In this document: positions 59,514 through 64,000 of the stretch, one piece after another
Layout: the number at the start of each line of letters is the position of its first letter
How positions within the stretch are numbered: the first letter of the stretch is position 1
Assembly: GCA_965240325.2 (NCBI GenBank)
Contig: OZ251254.1
Span: 310,001-374,000, forward strand
DNA: 64,000 nt
Direction: 5' to 3'
Source: Rebecca billardiae RCC1528
Taxonomy: Eukaryota > Protista > Haptophyta
The notes under the pieces: model-generated
Told to the model about the DNA's origin: nothing
What the model saw: only the letters and a program-made list of their open reading frames with translations
The model's database searches: none
Position numbers and translations under genes: made by a program

Positions 59514-61091
59514 AGCCGCCTGCGCGTGCGGCGCCGCCGCGCGCACGCGCACGAGCGGCGAAGTCCCGGAGCGGCGGAGCGCCTCGCAGCGCGACGTGTC
59601 CACCGCGCGCTGGAAGGCGGCGAGGTCGAGCTCGCCCCGGCGCAGCGCGCGCAGCTGCGTGTCGTACTTGAACGTCAGGTGCTTTGTCTTGAGCTCTGTG
59701 CGCGGCGCGAGAGGGCGCGGCAGCTGCTGCCCGCGCGGCGCGGCGCGCTCGGCGCCGGCGCCGTCCGTGCCGCCGCCGCCGACGGCACCGACGCCCCCGC
59801 TGCTGCGCTGGAGCGCGTCGGCCGGCGTCGTGGGCGCGCGCGGCGGCGGCGCGCGGTGCGCGAGCGCACTGCGTGCCTCCGTCACCTCACCCACCGCCCG
59901 CGCCGCCGCGCCGCCGGCGCCGGCCGCCCACAAGGGCCCCCTGGCGCCGCCCCCGCGGCAGCTGGTGCTGTTGCGAGTGTGTCGCCAGCTGAGCGCGGCT
60001 GGGCGCAGGTGCGCGATCGTCACGGTGGGGTCGAGCCACGCCTGCACGCGCACGCGGCCCTCGGGGCCCGGGTCGAAGATCAGCGCCTGGTTCCGACCGG
60101 CCGCGCCCGCGGGCTCGCACAGCGGAGCGACACAGCCGACCCGAACCGCCCAGCCGCGCGCCGCCGGCGCGCCGCCGTCCGTTGCGGCGGCCGCGCCGCG
60201 CTCGGCGGCCGGCTCGGCGGCGGGCTCGGCGGCGTCGCGGATCTCGAGCCGGCCGACGTGCGTGCCCCAGCGGCACTCGAGGCTCCCGCAGCCGTACTTT
60301 GGCGGCTGCACCGGCAGGAAGGTCGCCCAGACCGCATCGGAAGCGGCGTTGACTTCCGAGTCGGCCGCCGCGGCGGCCGCATGCGACGCGCGCACGCCCG
60401 CGCTCGCGCCCGCGCGCGCCAGCCGCACGTCCACTACGCCGAGTCGCCTGTCCCGCAGCTGCCGCGCGCACGCGCCGCGCGCGCCGCCGTCGCTCCAGCC
60501 GCCGCAGCCGTCGAGGGCGCGAGGCTCCCCGAGTGGCCTCAAGGCATCGTCGGTGCGCACGAGCAGCGTGTGCTTCTCGCCGCGGCGCTCGCGGAACTGC
60601 GCCTGCAGCTCGTGCGGCGAGGGGACGTCGCGGCACTGGTGCGTCCAGTCCACGCGGTAGCTCACCAAGTACCCGCCTCCGTACCGCGCGAGCGACGGGT
60701 TGTACGCCCGCATGCCGCGAAGCCGCGGCAGTTGCAGCGCAAACGGCCGGACGGGAAGGACGGCGGGCGTGCCGAGGACGCAGCTGCCGTTGTGCACGTG
60801 GTCGTACAGGAACGGATCGGTCGTCGCGTTCGGCTGCCACACGAGCCGGGGGTGGTACGGCGAGGGCTCGTCGGCCGACGCCGTGAGCGGCGGAATGCCG
60901 ACCGCCGCGTCGCGCGCGTCGCACGTGACGAGCGGCGGGAGCTCCTGCGCGCGCAGGCGGAGTTTCGCGGTCTTGGCCGCGCGCAACCGCTCCGCCCGCG
61001 CGGGCGCGTGGCTGCCGGCCGCCGGACCCTGCGCCGGCAACACCGGCAGCACCGCCGCGACGACGACGACGATGCAAGCCGCCGCCGCCAT
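58977..61091 (-). CDS. Secretory-pathway five-bladed beta-propeller glycan enzyme (GT91 beta-mannosyltransferase / GH130-like)
   Basis: 704 aa; signal anchor; YNPSL...YLVSYR, DVRL, RSGTSPLV, LLGVAH, YLHVFYLL...SDEWCLP, VQFVSGL, VLTYGANDC. Confidence 0.65.
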
Positions 61092-61215
61092 CGCTGCTCC
61101 ACGCCTCGTGCACGCCTTGATGTAAATGATGCCGCATGCATGCAGATTTCAGATTTTTATCTCCTCCCTCGGTCCGAAGCGCTGGCTCGCCGCTCTCGCC
61201 TCCACTGCCGAAACG

Positions 61216-62169
61216 ATGGCGCCGACGTGCGCCTTCTTTATTGTGCACCTGGCGCTCCTGGCCCTCGCGCGCCAGGTTTCGCAGCCGCCGCGCGCGCTGC
61301 AGTGCTCGCCGCCCGCAGCGGAGCAGGCGGGCCTCCGCGCGTACGGCTTCGCCGGCGTCCACTACGTCCGCCAGCTCCGCGCGTGGTTCTACGAGGTGCC
61401 GAAGTCCGCGTCGACGACCATCACGCGGTTCTTCAAGCTCTCGCAGGGCCGCGGCCTGAGCAAGTGGCGGGAGCGGCGCAGCCCGCTGGACATCGGCTTC
61501 ACGCTGGTGCGCCACCCGGTCTGCCGCGCCATCTCCGCCTTCCACACCGCGCACGGCCGCGCCGCGTGGCGCACCAACAGGACAAACTCGCCGTGCCCAT
61601 TTTCGCGCTTCCCGTATTTGCGCGAAAACATTTCGGACTCGGAGGGCCTCGTGCTCGCCGTGCGCACGCTGCGCGCGCACGGCACGGGGCTGGCCGACTC
61701 GGCGTGCGGCTTCGCGTACCACCACCTCCTCAGCCAGGCGTGGTTTCTCTGGCGCCCGCGCGTGCGCCTTCTCCTCTCGAGGCGCGGCGCGAAGGCCCCC
61801 CCGGCAGAATCGGAGCTGCCGCCGCCGCCCACCGTGGTGCTGCGGCTGGAGAGCTTGGCGCAGGACCTGCTTGCGCTGTGCGCCGCGCGGAACGCGAGCG
61901 CGTACTGCTCGGCGCGCATGCGCGCGCTCGGCGGGCTGCAGCGCGCCAACCCCTCCCGCCGCGCAAGCGTCAACGCCGAGGCACTCGCCGCTATACAAGA
62001 CTATTACTCACCCGATTACGAGTGCCTGGGCTATGCCCCTGACACTGCGCCCGGCGGCGCCGCCGGCCGCGCCGCGCCCGGCGACAGCGCGCGGCGAGCA
62101 GGCGGCGCGCGAGGGGCGGCGACGGGCGTGCCCAGCGCCGGCGCGATGGCGCCGACGGCGTGCACGTGA
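61216..62169 (+). CDS. Carbohydrate sulfotransferase (Sulfotransfer_2-like)
   Basis: Signal anchor; 5'PSB FYEVPKSASTTI; 3'PB FTLVRHPVCRAISAF; VLRLESLAQDL; IQDYYSPDYECLGY. Confidence 0.88.
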   Translation: MAPTCAFFIVHLALLALARQVSQPPRALQCSPPAAEQAGLRAYGFAGVHYVRQLRAWFYEVPKSASTTITRFFKLSQGRGLSKWRERRSPLDIGFTLVRHPVCRAISAFHTAHGRAAWRTNRTNSPCPFSRFPYLRENISDSEGLVLAVRTLRAHGTGLADSACGFAYHHLLSQAWFLWRPRVRLLLSRRGAKAPPAESELPPPPTVVLRLESLAQDLLALCAARNASAYCSARMRALGGLQRANPSRRASVNAEALAAIQDYYSPDYECLGYAPDTAPGGAAGRAAPGDSARRAGGARGAATGVPSAGAMAPTACT

Positions 62170-62611
62170 CGCCGCTGCTGATTCCGCCATATTCGTACGT
62201 CGTCGATATATATATATATTATTCATGTAACGGGTGCGCGGTGACTCAGCGGGCCGTCTGACGACTGCCACTCACCGCGTCGTCCGCGTCTGCTGTGAAG
62301 CCCGGTGCGCTCTATCGTCGGTCACGGGCCCCCCGCCAGTGGCACCGACGACGCCACGCCCTGACGACGAGTCCGCGTGACCGGACCGTGTCCCGGGGAC
62401 TGCGTCCGTCATCTGTCGACTGCACCGTCTGCTGCACTGCTGCACAGCTGCGCAGCACGCAGTCATATCATCACTGCTGATCGTAGTTGCGTCGCTGAGT
62501 ATATTATGCTGGTCTGCTCGGATCGGCGACGAGTGCCAGGAGCCACGTAGCCATGCCGAGCGATCACCAGCGCGCCCTGTCGCCAGCCGCTCCGCAATAT
62601 CCCTCCTATTG

Positions 62612-64000
62612 TCAGCGGGCCGCATCGTCATGAGCGACGAGAAGAGGCGCGCTGTCGGCGGCGTCATCCGCGGACCCCGCCTCGCGCTCCCCGTGCGCGC
62701 CCGCCGCCGCCGCCTCGTCGGCGGCGGCAGCGCCGGCGCGCCCGCCGCGCACGGACGCCGCGCGGCGCCTGCTGCCAAGGCTGGGCGCGAGTTTGCGCGC
62801 GAGCGCGCACGCGCCCGCCGCGCCCGCCGCGCCGAGCGCCAGCCCCCACGCGAACGCCTCGTTCGCCGACGGCGTGCGCACGGCCGACGGCAGCCAAGGG
62901 CCGAGCACAAACGCCGCGCGCTCGCGCTCGCCCGGCATGCTCACGCCCGGCGGCAGCGCGCGGCGCGCGCGCGCGCGGTCGCGGTCGCAGAGCGCGTGGC
63001 GCGCGCCCGGCGCGCACGCGCACGGCGGCTCCGCGTCGCTCGCCACGCTGCGCTTGCACCGGCCGCGCCCGGCGCACACCTTCCCGCCCTTCCACGGGCG
63101 CCAGAGCTCTCGGTAAAGCCCGTGGCGTAGCCACGGCTTGTGTACGCCGGTCCAGTGCAGCAGCTGCGCGGTGCTGAGGACGCCCATCCCGAGGTTGCGG
63201 TTCCAGCCGAGGCCGTCGAGGTTCCAGTGGAACGAGAGCGGGTGCCACCTGCCGTACAGCATCAGGTGCAGCGGCGGCTGCGAGCCGAGCCGCCACAGCG
63301 GCGGGTCGGCGCGCGCGTGCTGCCTCAGCCACCACTCCGCGTCGGCGGTCAGATTGAATCTCGCCCAGCGCTCGAGGTCGATCACGAGCACGCCCGCGTT
63401 GAAGCCGTACTTGGAGGCGTTGAACGCGTAGCCGTACCGCGCCTCGAACAGCGCCGACGCGTTCTCGAACGCCGCGTACGTGTGCCGCACCTGCCGGTCC
63501 TTCGGGCGGCCAACCGCCGCCACGACTTCAGACGGCTTGAGCGCCGCGAGCGCGCGCCGCGCCAGCGCGTTCACGTTGCCGCGCACGACGACGTCGGCGT
63601 CGAGGTAGACGACGCTCCGGACGTACGGCGGAAGGAGCTCGGGCAGGTAGAACCGCGCGTAGTTCAGCGTGCTCGACAGGTTGCCCACGTGCTCGACCCC
63701 GGACTCGACTCGGATGAGGGGCGCGACGCGCGCGCCGTCAAAGCCGAGCACGGTGACGAGTGGCGCGACGGCCGGGACGCCGCGGCAGCGGAGGTACGCG
63801 CGCAGCTCGCCCTCCGCGCCGCTGGGCACGAGCAGATGAAAGCGCAGGTCGAAGGGCTGCGCCGAGTTGGCGCTCGTCGAGCGGATCACCGCGACGACGC
63901 CCGCAAAGTGCGCGCGGTCGGCGGCCACGGCCACGTGCACGGCGCCCGGCGCGTCGGCGGCGGCGCGCGCGCGCGCGGCGGCGGTGTACTTGGCCATGCC
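62612..64000 (-). CDS. Glycosyltransferase family 8 (GAUT/GATL-like), possibly 5'-partial, with C-terminal Cys-rich segment and TM
   Basis: HVAVAAD; LNYARFYLPELL; VVYLDADVVV; FNAGVLVIDL; LGSQPPL; LLHWTGVHKPW. Confidence 0.92.
   Translation of the reverse strand, partial: GMAKYTAAARARAAADAPGAVHVAVAADRAHFAGVVAVIRSTSANSAQPFDLRFHLLVPSGAEGELRAYLRCRGVPAVAPLVTVLGFDGARVAPLIRVESGVEHVGNLSSTLNYARFYLPELLPPYVRSVVYLDADVVVRGNVNALARRALAALKPSEVVAAVGRPKDRQVRHTYAAFENASALFEARYGYAFNASKYGFNAGVLVIDLERWARFNLTADAEWWLRQHARADPPLWRLGSQPPLHLMLYGRWHPLSFHWNLDGLGWNRNLGMGVLSTAQLLHWTGVHKPWLRHGLYRELWRPWKGGKVCAGRGRCKRSVASDAEPPCACAPGARHALCDRDRARARRALPPGVSMPGERERAAFVLGPWLPSAVRTPSANEAFAWGLALGAAGAAGACALARKLAPSLGSRRRAASVRGGRAGAAAADEAAAAGAHGEREAGSADDAADSAPLLVAHDDAAR

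Noticed and set aside
59115-62042. 975-aa plus-strand ORF and 703-aa minus-strand ORF (59887-61998)
   Set aside because: Arg/Ala-rich shadow frames overlapping two well-supported genes.

Overview
Very GC-rich eukaryotic genomic DNA with short GT-AG introns, (TA)n/(CA)n microsatellites and intronic CCCTAA repeats. It resembles a haptophyte alga such as the Pavlovales, which is an inference. The first 13 kb holds three mobile elements. (1) A 1.86-kb non-autonomous tyrosine-recombinase (DIRS-order, Ngaro/PAT-like) retroelement with split direct repeats. (2) A 1.94-kb non-autonomous DNA transposon with 12-bp TIRs and a 7-bp TSD. (3) A 7.4-kb Copia LTR retrotransposon with apparently identical LTRs inserted in a (TA)n tract. 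The Copia is atypical in four ways: TG...TA termini, no TGG primer-binding site, Gag-protease separated from IN-RT-RH by a -1 frame change at a CCCAAAC slippery heptamer, and an integrase whose HHCC zinc ligands appear replaced. Besides a partial membrane-protein gene at the left edge, the rest holds 16 host genes: two hybrid histidine kinases, a NYN/Regnase-like RNase, EamA and MFS transporters, an esterase, a conserved plastid-targeted protein, a surface protein, a tandem SLOG/Moco-carrier-like protein, ARM, BTB, kinesin-14, an RTX-like Ca-binding protein, an IFI27-like protein, and a propeller glycan enzyme / sulfotransferase / GT8 trio. Most long ORFs in the track are GC-shadow artefacts. 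All family calls come from motif recognition by eye; no database search was run.
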